This document shows positions 24,901-37,506 of a stretch of DNA of 64,000 bases, piece by piece. Numbering within the stretch: position 1 is the first letter of the stretch; every line of letters starts with the position of its first letter. The notes under the pieces were generated by a model that worked only from the letters and a program-made list of their open reading frames with translations, was not told where the DNA came from and searched no databases. Source of the stretch: Vermamoeba vermiformis (Eukaryota); assembly GCA_045837725.1 (NCBI GenBank), contig JBEWZL010000239.1, positions 310,001 to 374,000 on the forward strand. Reading direction: 5' to 3'. The position numbers were made by a program, and so were the translations under genes.

Positions 24901-27040
24901 CTATTGGTCATATTGGTTTAACTCTATGCATTAGGTGTGAAGTTTGATGAGTGTTTGAAACTGAAGCCAAATGACCGCGGAGTTCTGTTTAATTGGGGCA
25001 ACGCTTTGTATCGTCAAGCACGCATGTACGAGTTCGAGAAGAACAATGAAATGGCTAACAAACTGTACGGCTTGGCCTCGGAGAAGTACTTGACAGCAAT
25101 GAACATCAAAGCGAATTCATTAGACGCGTTGTATAATTGGGGAAAAGTGCTGCAGTCACAAGCGTGCGTGGAGGGTGATTATGCCACGAGTCAGGACTTC
25201 ATCTTTGCAGTCACGTATTACTTCGAAGTATTCAAGAATGTTGCAATCAAATGTAAGCCCACTTATCTATATCACTTACAAAGGTACTAAGGTTTTAAAA
25301 GTTGGCGAAGTCAAGTTGGATCCGATAATTGCAATGACGAGGCTCGATAACAAAGTCGTTCAATTGAAAGCTTTTGGTTTCCTAAAATGGCTGTGCAACA
25401 ACAAGATCAACACGAGACTTCAACTTGAAGCATCAAAAGCAGTGAAAAGTTTGCTCGAGTCCAAAAACAACGTTTGGCTCGCCTTTTCAGCGACTGATTC
25501 TCAATCTGAATTGCCCACTTTAGTCGCGCAACTGTTGCAAACATTAGGCAGCGTAAGTCAGAGCAATATCTATGCCTTGTTATGGTATCTTAATTGCGTC
25601 ATATTTAGAGCGACCTCGAGGAAGGTGAAGGTGTCAGTTTGACGGTTGACAGTTTTCACATCATTTCTGAGCTCGAGCCTGGTGACCACAAGCTCGGACA
25701 AATGTTCAAAGTTTGCCGCGAAGAGAGCTCAGAGCTGTTTATTATGCGGAGCATCGAGTCACAACACTTGTACAGAAGAATTGGCATTCAAGAGGACGTC
25801 AGCCCTGACCACGTGATTCAATACATCACGGTTGCCGATGAAAAGAACGACATTAAGCGCAGTTATTTCAATCATCTACGCGGATCCATACCATTCTACG
25901 CGTCGTTAGTGTACGTGTTAAGAACGGAAGACAGTGACTACGCGCTGGTCTACAAGATGAAGTACAATCCATTCATGCTGGTCAACTACTTCCATCCAAA
26001 GATCGCTATTCCCGATGGCAACCTCAATAGCAATAACGACACTAACAATAATGTAAATAATAACAACAATGTAAATAACACCAATGACAACAACGTGCTG
26101 CAAATCAAGAAGAAGAAAAAAATCAGCAAGTCGATATCCACGGATAACAAGAGGAAAGAATTTGATCTATTGTTCTTTGCTTGCGAGATACTAGTGGCAC
26201 TCGAGGACATGCACAACAAAGATATGATCTACGGGTACGTATACAAGTAACTTTGATTTAGTTAACTTGTGTTTACTGACTACTTTCACAGTGATATCCG
26301 ACCATCAGAAATTTTCATCGATAAAGAAGGACACGCGTGCTTATACAAGCTGCCATTCACGATTTATTCCGAGATTAAGAGCTCGGATATTTATCCTGAG
26401 TACACCGGTAAGTTATCGACAACATACTAGCTTTGATATATCTAACTCCGACTTTTTCTGCAGCACCTGAAATTATCACTGGCAAGAACCACAAGATGGA
26501 AACAGATTGGTATTGCTACGGCATAATGTTGTACGAGCTTTTTGTTGGCAAGGTACGTGGGCGATCTGCTGTTAAACCTTTGCTTACCGTTTTACAGAGC
26601 CCGTTCCATTCAAGCAGCCCTCATAAAGTATATGACAATGTATTGTCGGCTATTGTTAATTGGCCGCACGACATGTCCGATACTTTGAAAGATCTGATCC
26701 AATCCGTAAGAAACGAATTTCTTCATTTTCTGATAATATATCTGACCATCTGCGCAGTTAATCGCCAAGGATCGCAGTAAGCGGCTAAAAGACGTCGAGG
26801 AGATTAAGAAGCACGCCTTTTTTAAGGCAGTAAATTGGAAGACAGTTCAAGAACGAGATCTGGAGCCGCCGTTCATTCCTGTAAGTCTATATACGGCTTG
26901 TTATGAATATGAATCTAAAGCTAATGTTTATTACTTAACAGCAAAACTTCGAATCCGATACGTTCGAAGCAGTTCCCACATTAGTTGCGCAGTACAAGAA
27001 AGGAAAATTTCATGGCTTTACTTTTGTAGCTGTGGATTAA
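21987..27040 (+). CDS. CLU-domain + TPR-repeat protein with a C-terminal degenerate AGC-like kinase domain
   Basis: RNWNDEFQ, GGIAGGEKY, IDYRGFRLIAES, DVEGHLGLDNRFYVIDTAR, LLRPELV and HRKGINLR (CLU); repeated L(Y/F)NWGNAL (TPR); YAAPE...DW..G..LYE; C-terminal FHGFTF. Confidence 0.85.
26021..26095 (+). repeat. AAC/AAT-rich low-complexity tract encoding an Asn-rich insert
   Basis: Translates as NLNSNNDTNNNVNNNNNVNNTNDNN. Confidence 0.7.
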
Positions 27041-27458
27041 ATACAAAGCCGTTAGCAGTAATATTTTTTTATCTAGTTTAACCCACATCCGAGTTGAGTC
27101 TTTAGAAATTTCAGTCAGTACCTATAAATAAGTTCTTATTGGTACGTTTTACGCACGCTTTAGGGATTGTCGGTTACCACAAAATAAGGATCCCTTTTAA
27201 GTCAGGTCGGCTATCTCCTTTATAAACATAGGCAATTGGATCTGGAGGTACGACCTCGGTATTTAAAAAATTTCATAATATTTTTGATAAAGAAAGATCA
27301 AACAAAGTAATATAGCACCATTATATAAAAGAATGGAACACATTTAAAGTCTTTATTAGGAAAATTTTTTTATCTTTACTACATTTTTGTATACCAGGTT
27401 TTTTTTGGTTCGGCGCTTTGGTCTTTTCATCTTAGTTCTTCTGCTGAATACCACAACA

Positions 27459-29022
27459 ATGCAAGTAAGAATTGCTTTCGTTTTGGCACTTCTCTTTGCC
27501 TCATCTTGGGCGATGTGGACTCCACCAATGGATGCAATTCCCTATTGCCGCCAGGTTGTTGATGGTTTTACTACAGATGCCAATGGTGCTACTTTTGCGT
27601 ACCAACCTTACATGTGCGGTGATAGTAATTTCGACGCTGATCTTGCCTTCGCCGTCTTTTTCAACGGCCAAAACACTGGATTAAATGCTTCATGGAACTT
27701 TATGGACCAAGAAGCCAATTATTTCTTCTCTCGCGACTTCTCTAACAACACTCGATACGACGGCCCTGGTATTGGTATCGTATGGGATCTGGGTCCTGGG
27801 GATTGCGACGGAGGTACTGGAATTGGTGACGGTAATTACGACACCGTTGACGGAGCTATGGTCATCACGTTTAATGGAAACTTCTACGGCGGAGAGGTGT
27901 CAACAGCTAACTGGTCCTCTACTTGCTCGCCGACGACTGCTTCATTCACGATCCCGCAAAATCAAATGCCCGAAGGTTTGATCAACAAACGAACCTTCTA
28001 TTTCCCAATGGGTAAGAAATCTAGTATTTTATGCTGCTTCGGTACTAATGTCTTCGATGCAGGACCCATTGAGGCCTGGGGAAGAGTTGTGGATGAGGTC
28101 ATAAATCCAAACTCGTGGGATGTTACTGTGACCGTTGGTTACTACAACGATCTTGGTTCTGATACGAAATCGTACTTCTTCAATGTCACTGATCGCTACA
28201 GTTTTTCGTAAGTGTACTTCGAACTTGTTTTCATGTTTTAACCTACATCCAACAGAGGAGACAATGCTTACTTCGACAACCTGGTCTCACTCCATTGGTC
28301 TAGCTGGAATGCCACCATTCCCGATTCCTACCCCGCTAATTGTATTGGAGGCGCATTTATCACAGGTTGCGACGATGTCAAACCACAGTGGACGGATGTG
28401 GTTATTCCTGCCAACTCAACCAAGTCCTTCATGTTCATCATGAATCAAGGAGGCTTGCGCACGCCTGAGAACGAAGCCAAGATGTACGCTTCCGTCCAGG
28501 ACATTGACTCCAATCCTTTGAAGCTCTACGCTGGTAAGTTTTATTTGTACTTTTATGCGCGTGGCTGTGCTGATTGATTTGTCGCCAGAAATGACTGCTG
28601 ATCAACTCATGACTCTCCAAAACTTCAATCCTTGCGTTGTCTCTACTGTCCCTCAATTGAGCGCACCTTCCACTGCTTGCCCTCAGTTCGGAGGAAATGC
28701 TGAGTTCGATTTGACTGCTGTTCTCATACCTCTCGACACGACCGTCACTCTGCTCAAGGCTGACAACACTGTTGCGGCCACTAGTGAAGGCAACACGCTC
28801 TCTGCTCCTGCAGGCACCTACACTGTCCAATTCAACTACGGAAATTGCGCGGTCAAGGCTGGTTCTGTCACTGTGACTTGCCCCGCTGAAGTACCCGTCG
28901 CAGCTCCTGTTGCGGCCCCTGTCGCAGCTCCTGTTGCGGCCAACACTCCCGCCCGTAAGAGCTCCGCTTCGACTCTTGTTGGCTCTGTTGTCGCTTTGAC
29001 TACCGCCGCTCTTTTGTTCTAA
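27459..29022 (+). CDS. Secreted, probably GPI-anchored surface protein, 4 exons; function unknown
   Basis: Signal peptide MQVRIAFVLALLFASSWA; Cys/aromatic-rich ectodomain; (PVAA)4 linker; SSA followed by a hydrophobic C-terminus. Confidence 0.75.
28894..28941 (+). repeat. 12-nt coding tandem repeat, (PVAA)x4
   Basis: cccgtcgcagct/cctgttgcggcc units alternate. Confidence 0.8.
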
Positions 29023-29487
29023 GTGGATCAGTTTGAGACTGAACAACGGGACAAATCCGCCATTTTGATAAAAGTTCTGCTGGTACTTGCTTGAAATAAA
29101 AAACTTCTTAAATCTAAGTACAAAATAGAGTTCTTTTTATCAATTAAAATATAGATATACTTTTAAAATTTAATTACCCGTTCATCAATTAGGCCGGATT
29201 CCGTTATTGCAATCAGATCGCATCTTTGTCTTTGTGGTCACTGTAGTTCCAAGTAAGTTCCTACTCAAAATATCGCGAATGATATGATGTTGCGCGTTAA
29301 TGATTTTTCTAAAGAAATATCTTGTGCGGTCGTTCCCAAAAACCTGTTTGTGCCGGGAAAGCAACATTTTAAGAACGCCCTGGGAAAATTTCGATGGACA
29401 TAAAAATCAGTGCCTTACGAAGTGTTTATTATATTCAATACAGAATAACAAACAACAACTTACTCACAAAGCTAAATCCAAACAAAA

Positions 29488-30076
29488 ATGTCGAAGATCT
29501 TCGCTTCAGGACTCTACAAACTATCCATCACCCTATTAGTCTTCTCTTGCCTTGGTGTTATCTTTGGCATCATTTCTCTTACTGGTAACTCCGACGAGAG
29601 CGTTGGAAGCAGAGCTCTTTCGTTGGTGGCCTCCATTGTTCAGATCGCAGTCTGTGCCCTTGGCATCCACGGTGCTAAAACTTACAGCTTCCCTGCTCTT
29701 CTCGTTGGTGCTATTCGTAAGTACTATTTGAAATTACATTGAAATTCAAAGTGCGATCAAGTTGGGATCCCAAAATCCTTGAAAAATAGCTCGATCTAAC
29801 CTTTTATTCTTAGTCTGCGGTATCGTGGTTGCTTTTGACCTCGTCTTGATCATTCTTTGGGGTATTGCTCTCAGTCTTGTCGTCGCTGCTACTGCCGCTG
29901 GTGCTGGTGCCGGAACTGGTGCAGCCGTTGGTTTTGGCTTGGCAATTGCCGTCATTCTTTTGATCTTGCCCACACTTTTCTTCATTTTGTACTTGATTGA
30001 GTTCATTTTGCTCATCAGACACGCCAAGAGATCTCGCGGTGGTATTCCTTCCGAGACTTCCTACGTCAAGGTCTAA
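29488..30076 (+). CDS. Small four-TM membrane protein, 2 exons
   Basis: Four hydrophobic segments; C-terminal YVKV (YxxPhi-like); intron about 29717-29813. Confidence 0.7.
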
Positions 30077-30237
30077 GTAGATACTACCATAGTTTTATTG
30101 TATATAGAAGACGCGAATAAACATTTCATAAGCAAAAATACGGGAATGTAAACTGAGTGCACATTTGACAGTTTGACACACGAACAGGTCCCCTTTTTGA
30201 ATCAGTGCGCTTTAAGATCGAGTGTAGATGGCATATT

Positions 30238-30720
30238 ATTATATGTATGCGGTGCTCATAGTAAAAGTTCCACCTTCTCGGAGCCCGTTAACAAACCACA
30301 TCCGGAAATCAGAGACCACGAAAACCACACCCGTTCTCACAGTTAGTCCGACTCAGTTCACGCATGTACGAGTATAGCCATCAAAAGATCCTGAACTTGT
30401 TTGCGCAGTCGGTGTTGTTGAGTTGGGATGACACTGGAGGTGATGGAATCGTTGTGCAGGGCTTGCCATCGCCAGTGTAGCCTTCATTGCACGTGCATTC
30501 GTAACTCCAAGATGACTTCACCGTACACGACGCATTGGGGTCACAATCGTGCAGGTTTGTCGCACTGATCTTGCAGAATGATCCAGATGTTCAACGAGGT
30601 GCTGTTAGAGTTTTGTTCTCCCAGAATGAATGATCATGTGGCCCTTGGCATTGAGACCAGTTTCAATCGAGCAAGCTTGTCGTGCTCCCAACTTTGATCG
30701 GATAACCGGTACTCGCCGTA
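30238..30720 (-). pseudogene. Decayed fragment of an EGF-like-domain gene
   Basis: NLHDCDPNASCTVKSSWSYECTCNEGYTGDGKPC is intact, but the first Cys is out of frame and flanking frames contain stops. Confidence 0.6.
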
Positions 30721-30970
30721 CGTACTTTCAGCAATAGTGTACCAAAATTACGTATTATAAAGCTACACGAACGATACTTAAAGCTTACACTGAATGAAAA
30801 TCTTTTTCCATAGTTTTTCTTAAAGCTAGGTTATTGGCCGGCTCATAAGCAAATAATGCGAGTCGTGTTCCAAATATAGCAACCAAAAAAAGTTTTGTAC
30901 TCGAAGTTTTTCTTGTTTTATTCTAATTTTCGTGTATCAGTTAACTACCACACGTCACTAAACTTAACGA

Positions 30971-31141
30971 ATGGACAACGACTATTGTAACCCCACTGAC
31001 CCAATTGTGACTTGGCCTCGTCCTCTTTCTCATCGCAAGCCTGGTCACTTCCACGGGGACGACGATCCTCTTTGGCCTACCGACCCTGTTCCCATGCCTA
31101 AAATCCCCAAAATCCCTGAGCCTATGCCAGAATACATGTAA
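30971..31141 (+). CDS. 56-aa Pro/Asp-rich small protein, below the ORF-track cutoff
   Basis: ATG..TAA open frame MDNDYCNPTDPIVTWPRP...PEPMPEYM; GC-richer than its flanks; AATAAA downstream. Confidence 0.5.
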   Translation: MDNDYCNPTDPIVTWPRPLSHRKPGHFHGDDDPLWPTDPVPMPKIPKIPEPMPEYM

Positions 31142-31329
31142 AGCGGGCTCAGAGTTTAATAATTCGGATGTAATTCCGATAGTCTGTCTCTCATAAATAA
31201 AACTAATAGCAACTGTTATTGGGAAGTATTGCTGTGCTTACTATACGTGGTTTATCAGCGCTCCCCAAACTGCAGATGCGGCCACCGGAATGACGACACA
31301 GATCCGTTTTCACCCACAAGACACGCAGC

Positions 31330-32135
31330 ATGGGATTACACGGCTTACGACTCGTTATATTTATATTGAGCGCGACTTGTCTGGCTCAAACAATCACTCG
31401 TACGTTCTTCAGCGATAAAGATTGTACGGATCAGATCGCACTTCAAGTGACACTAATTAAGTCGGACGAGGTACTCGTACAACCTTAAATATGTCACTTA
31501 TTAATTCTAAAGTATATTTATAGGTAAATTGTACGGAAATTTTAGCGTACGCAGTACCAGGATGGTACTAATTTTTATATTCAAACTTGCCCTATTTTAC
31601 CAACGTCAAGCATCAATACCAAATACAATTACATAGTGCAATATAATAGCGATGCATGCGGAGCACCAACTGGTTTTTTAATTGGTAAGCAGTAGAAAAC
31701 TCGTTGAAAAGTGATCGGATCTAATTAACGTTCTGCCTCAGGCTTGCCAAATACGTGCATAAATGGCTATACTGATCCTGTCCCTAATAATACGGTTTCA
31801 ATTATGCTTAATAAGTGCAATGAAGATGGATCCTTTTCGTTACAAATGTTTGAAGACCCGAGTTGCACTAAGCAATTGAGCTCACAGAGCGTAAATGCCA
31901 GCTGTAGTGATATTAATGGACTTAAGAGCGATTATATCATAGCAGCGTGCGCTGGTCAATCATATGACGTGCCGCTAGCTAACGCGCCACACTTAGTCCA
32001 ATTATCCAACTTATTCTCACTTCCAAAGCGCCGGTAATCGTTGAACGCAATAGCGCTGCACATATAATAGGTTGTTCTAATGTATATACTTATTACATCA
32101 TTTTGGTAACGATCTATTTGTTGATCGAGCGCTAA
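31330..32135 (+). pseudogene. Frameshifted paralogue of the adjacent Cys-rich GPI-type gene
   Basis: Same 3-exon layout and motifs (QTI.R..F.D..C, GT.FY.QTCP, G.P..C.N); frameshifts near 31548 and about 31990-32030. Confidence 0.65.
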
Positions 32136-32346
32136 AGTCTCAAATCCACTGAACTCTAATAAATCTGTATATAGTTATTTTTCAAAGCGTAATATCTTAT
32201 TTCATATTTTGCGACCAAGTTTCAAATTTAAAATGATTGTAGACTTGTAAAAAGAAGCAAATGTCAATCTCCCGTTGAAGATAGCGTAAAGGAACTAAGT
32301 GTGAATTCTTTTGTTTCAATTAATATTACGAGACACAACAACTACC

Positions 32347-33276
32347 ATGAAGTTATATTCTTATATTTGTATCGCGCTCATGTTATTTTGCGCCTACAGT
32401 AACGGCCAAACAATTCGCCGACAGATCTTCAAAGACCAGTCTTGTTCAAGCTTAGTTGGCGTATATATTTCAAATGAGGCAGTACGTATAGTATATTTAA
32501 CCATTTGATATCTATTCCGATCGAGAGAAACGAATTAAATTACGGATTTAAACTGCTGTTGCAAATCTAAGAATCGCTTATAGATTACCAACGTAATAAA
32601 TTAACCCGTAAAATTTCAAATATTAATATATAATATTATAAGACTGATTGCACGGTTGTTGAACAATGCACAGCGTTCCCCAACGGAACTCATTTCTATA
32701 CTCAAACGTGTCCCGAGAATGTCACCCTCGATTTCCCTACTGAATTTAATGTCGCTATAATATCACCAAATAGCACTTGCAAAGATGTTAGCACCATCCT
32801 TGCCAGTAAGTTTTTTTTGGCGATAAATTTGGACTGAAACTCGGGATCTCCTCCGATATTTTTTGTTGCCAATAATAATTCAGTAAATTATACTCATATT
32901 GTTGTATATAGGCGTACCTGATTTATGCATGAACATCAATTTCGACGGCAACTCTATTGTTACATCGGCAAAATTGACCGCTTGTCAATCCGGATCTTTT
33001 GGATTTGGTCTGTACAATCAGGACTGCAGTGCTCTAAACAATAACCTTCAGTTCGTTGGACCTTCATGCACTAAAGCTACATCTGCCGATCTTACCGAGG
33101 AGTACTTGACTGGATCCTGCGCCACGATCGTTCCGCAATCCGGGCCAGTCCCGAGCAACACTCAAACGCCAACGACGCCAATACCATCATCTAACGCCGT
33201 GCGCATTCATTTCGCGTCGTCTGTGCTCCTTGCTCTGTTTTTAGCTCCCTTTGTGCTTCACTTGTTTACCGCCTAA
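32347..33276 (+). CDS. Secreted Cys-rich, probably GPI-anchored protein, 3 exons
   Basis: Signal peptide, Cys-spaced modules, P/T/S linker, SSNA followed by a hydrophobic tail. Confidence 0.75.
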
Positions 33277-33556
33277 TTTAAAATTTAAATTTAATGACGA
33301 AAGATCGCCAGGCTAGCCTTCGTTTAATATGGCCTATAGCTTATAAGGAGTAGTATTATGGCCTCAGGATTGCAAGAACTCACCAGCAAATGTCAGAGGA
33401 TCCGGAAGAAACTGCAGATTGCTCCGTTGATTTGTTTCATTAGCGCGTAATAGTACTAGAATCATAATATATGGTACGTTTATCCTACAAACGCATATTA
33501 GATATGATCTAGATCTCATGCTGAGACGGCTCGGTAGAAAATTTTCATTTTGAAAC

Positions 33557-34177
33557 ATGATCCGCAACGTCAAAGAGGAGGACTATTATTATATTTACCC
33601 TCGTGTTAATGAGTGGTGGGGCGGCAGACAATTAGCGCATTTGCTGCCAAAATTGTTCTTCCAACACTTCCAGAACACCAGCTTCGTTGTTGAGGAGACA
33701 GATGCGACCTCTGGCACTAAAACAATAATTGCATTTATTATTGGATTTATTTCTCAAACGGATTCTACTCGAGGTAAGGCTATTAACGTGACAGAAAATA
33801 AAAAGATTTAAAAAAAATTAAAATAATTTGCGGTTGTGCACGTTTGACCGAGTCTACGGCACTGTGTTTTTATCTTTAGTAAACAATTAATTAATTTTAT
33901 ATTTATTGTAGCTTACATTCATTTTGTTGGCGTTGATCCTGATCACCGCAAAAAACAACTTGGTCGCAAGTTGTACGAGCTCTTCTTCGAAACTGTACGC
34001 GCCAAAGGTGTCAAGACGGTCAATTCTATCACCTCGCTCGTTAACAAGACTTCAATTGGTTTTCACAAAGCGGTTGGTTTTTCATGTTTGGGCAGCGCCC
34101 AGTCTGATGATGGCATAGCTTATTATCCTAACTACGAAGACGGCAAAGACTGCGTGGTGTTCGAAAAGCAGATTTAA
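33557..34177 (+). CDS. GNAT-family N-acetyltransferase, bacterial YqjY-like, one intron (about 33774-33911)
   Basis: WWGGRQLAHLLPKLFFQHFQNTSFVVE, AYIHFVGVDPDHRK..LGR.LY and N..SIGFHKAVGF. Confidence 0.85.
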
Positions 34178-34594
34178 AGGAATAAGCCTTGTATTATATA
34201 ACCTAGTAAAAGCGAACTCTGATCGGATCCAGTACTTTCTTCGTCCTTCTTGAAAACGAATCATCTTAGCACAAATCTTCGATCCAAGTAACAGGATTAT
34301 TCCTCAGATTAGGTGGAGATGAATTAGCAACTTGCGCGCAATTCATTTACTACCAGGAGATGTACGGAGATTTTTCTCCTGTTGTGGCCTTGCAATGCCA
34401 ATGTAGATATCATCTTACAACGAGATAAATATACTTTCAGTGAGTTAATGACCATATATGTCGCGTTTTTGATTCGGTATACTGACGCCAAAAATAAAAG
34501 TCGAAGTTTTTGTTGGTCCTCTATTCTCCATTGTCCGTCCAACAGAAGACACTACGAGACTTAAATACAAGCCTTATTTATCACTAGTCTCACT

Positions 34595-34816
34595 ATGAAG
34601 TCGATCGTATTGTTTTTTGTTGCGCTCGTGCTCTGCTTCGTGCCCATCAATGGCGCTACTTACTTGTTGCTCCGTGTTACGACTCTGTTGCAAAAGTTTA
34701 GCTGGAAGAAGGAGGCCAATGGAGAAGACCTGCAAATGGAAAAAGAATGCGAGGAGTGCGAAGATAGTGATACTGAATCATTCGGATATGAAGAGATGCA
34801 ATCAGCAGAACGCTAG
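34595..34816 (+). CDS. Small hypothetical secreted protein (73 aa)
   Basis: Signal-peptide-like N-terminus and acidic tail with CEEC; no recognised family. Confidence 0.4.
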   Translation: MKSIVLFFVALVLCFVPINGATYLLLRVTTLLQKFSWKKEANGEDLQMEKECEECEDSDTESFGYEEMQSAER

Positions 34817-35452
34817 ATCCACTGCTAATTTGTTTTTCTTTCGGTTGTCGTTAGCGAATCTTACCCCAATGTAAAATAAAAGAGAAGCGCTATTTGTTTC
34901 CGATATACGCGGGCCCGGAATGTATCCCGATTTCTTTGTGAGCCGGAAATATCTCCACTGACGAGCTATCAAAAGGTGGGATCCCGCTATACTGTAAGCT
35001 AAATTAAGGAAGATATTTGCAACATTGTGCCTTTTCTCAATTCAATATGTGCTGATCAGTCGTGACTGATTTGTTCATAACAGGATCACGTAAATCATAT
35101 TAAATTCGTATTGATAAGAAGGGCTTTACATGGTAATCGCCCCTTTGTGGTGTGAATGAAAAATATACCTGAATTTTTAATGCTAGTCGTCCCGGCTGTT
35201 ACCAGGATCAAAATTAAATTGATCGCAATCTGGATGTTTTCTTGCTTTCCGTTCCACAATCAAACTAGCTTATTAATAGCGCGTTAATAAAAATTACACC
35301 AATTTTGTCAGAGATATTTGACGCCTTGGGGTGATGACGCGGCGTGGTGGTTTTTTTGCTGACGCGACAAAAATAAAGATTTCAGTTTGATTTCGTTAGT
35401 TCTATATTTTGTATATCAACCACAAGGCATTGATCATCTTCTCGTGCTAAAG

Positions 35453-36868
35453 ATGTTCTTATTTCCTTTGTGGGTGTGGGGATCTGTCTTTTTGGTCCTC
35501 GTAAGTTAAACAAACGGATATTTAGCCCAATCATGCTTTATTCTCGATTTTAATTTGAATTATACTAAAGTAATGCGTGGCATGCATAACATTTATTAAA
35601 TAAAATTGCCAGAGATTTTTTTCAATTTTTGAAAATATTACCGTTTATTAACTAATTTTTCCGTTACATTAGCTTTTGGCATTCTTGGTGGTATTTATAT
35701 TTAAATTGGAGAAGCGAACTGGCGGTTTGCTCGAAGAGGAAAAATACTACGTGGATTACAAATCTGGTGACAAGAAGCCTTTTCCTTTGTATTATCAAGG
35801 CAACGATATTGATCTCAGTGTAGTCGTACCAGCTTACAATGAAGAGAAAAGAATTAGTCCTATGCTTGATGAAGCTCTCGAGTACTTGCACCAAAAAACT
35901 AAGAAGGATCCGTCTTTCAAATACGAAGTTATCGTTGTAAGCGATGGAAGCAAGGACAAGACCGAAGATGTAGTAGCTCAGTATTGCATTAAGGTAATTT
36001 AATCATCATTTTGCTCGTAAACGTGATCTAACAATTGTTTAGGAAACTTCAGAACGGATGCGATTTTTGAAGTTAAGAAAAAATAGAGGAAAAGGCGGCG
36101 CTACTAAAAGAGTAAGATATCATTACAAAGAGCAAATTATAATTAAAATTATTTTTGAATTAATTTTTTTCTCTGGATTCTTAACGTGTCCCTGAATCTG
36201 ACAACTTATTGCCAGGGAGTGATCGTCTCTCGCGGAAAATATGTTCTCATGGTTGATGCCGATGGAGCCACTAAGTTCTCAGACCTTGAGAAGTTGCTTA
36301 ACGAAATTGAAACAATCAAAAACGGAGATCAAGGCATTGTCGTTGGTTCCAGACATCATTTGGAGCAAGAAGCTATTGCTCAGGTAATTTGAAAACGCTT
36401 TATATTGCCTATCGAACGGGTATTATGCAAGTACCTTTTTATTTTTTGCTGCGAGTTAGAACTGTTCTGGATGTGTTTAGGAACTTGTAATAACATGGTT
36501 ATATTTAGCGTACCTTCTTCCGTAACCTATTAATGTGGGGATTCCACTTTATGGTCGTATTCTTCTGCAACATTCGCGTCAAAGACACGCAATGCGGATT
36601 CAAACTCTTTACACGTGCATCCGCTCAACTGCTCTTCACCAACATGCATATTGAGCGATGGGCATTTGATGTAGAGCTCTTATATATTGCTCAAGCACGT
36701 AGTATTCCCGTCAAAGAAGTTGCGGTGACGTGGCACGAGATCGACGGTTCAACACTGAATCCAGTCTTAGCCGGCATACAAATGGCTCGCGATATTGTGA
36801 AGGTTAGATTAGCTTACTTGCTCGGACTATGGCGCATAGAAACATTAGAGAAGCTAAAGTACCATTAA
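35453..36868 (+). CDS. ALG5: Dolichyl-phosphate beta-glucosyltransferase
   Basis: N-terminal TM, LSVVVPAYNEEKR, DGSKDKT, NRGKGGA, MVDADGATKF, DTQCGFKLFTR and RWAFDVELL. Confidence 0.95.
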
Positions 36869-36945
36869 GACCGGTAATTTCAAACTTTCTTTCAACGACA
36901 AAACCAGATGTGAATATATAAATTAGTATTTTATTATGATTTCGT

Positions 36946-37506
36946 TTATTTTTCGTTATTTGATTGAAACCATTGGTTCATTAACCGTTCATTCTCTTCT
37001 TTAAGCTCTTGAAGCATTTTCTTTGTACGAGCAAGTTGTGCAGCGAGCTTTTCGTGCTCTGCATCGATGTCTACTTCGGTACTCGCAGATTTTTTCTTTA
37101 ATTTAGTTGCGCCAAACAAGCAGCCGATTGATTTCTTCTTTTTGGACTCTTCGTAGCCGATCTTGACCTCGATCTTCTGGACGAACGCTTCTTTGGCCTT
37201 AGTTTTGTTTTTTGATAACTTGGCCGTAGGTCTGCTCATTGATTTTGATGGCTTTGAAGATGTTGTAGCTCTGGAGTACAATTGAAAGTTGGATTCGTAC
37301 CAAGCGTCGAAATCCGACTGGCTACGGAAACGAACTCCATTTGACTGCAATTGTTTGAACTAAAAATGAGGTAAGATACAGCTTTAAATAGAGGAATGTT
37401 GCTTTGGACTTACCCAAAGTAATTTATGCATTTTTGTACCGGCGGCGAACAAATCCGGACTGTGCTTGGCCTTGGAGGGAGTAGTCTTATTGCTGTGAGT
37501 GTTCAT
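36946..37506 (-). CDS. Hypothetical Lys-rich protein with a C-terminal coiled coil, 2 exons
   Basis: The ORFs at 37384-37647 and 36946-37350 are joined by a GT-AG intron. Confidence 0.6.

Noticed and set aside
31312-31319. Second DUSE-like word, ACCCACAA
   Set aside because: The downstream sequence is the coding exon of the pseudogene, with no structured RNA or terminator.
35331-35362. Box C (GTGATGA) and box D (CTGA) pair
   Set aside because: The boxes span only about 30 nt, too short for a C/D snoRNA.
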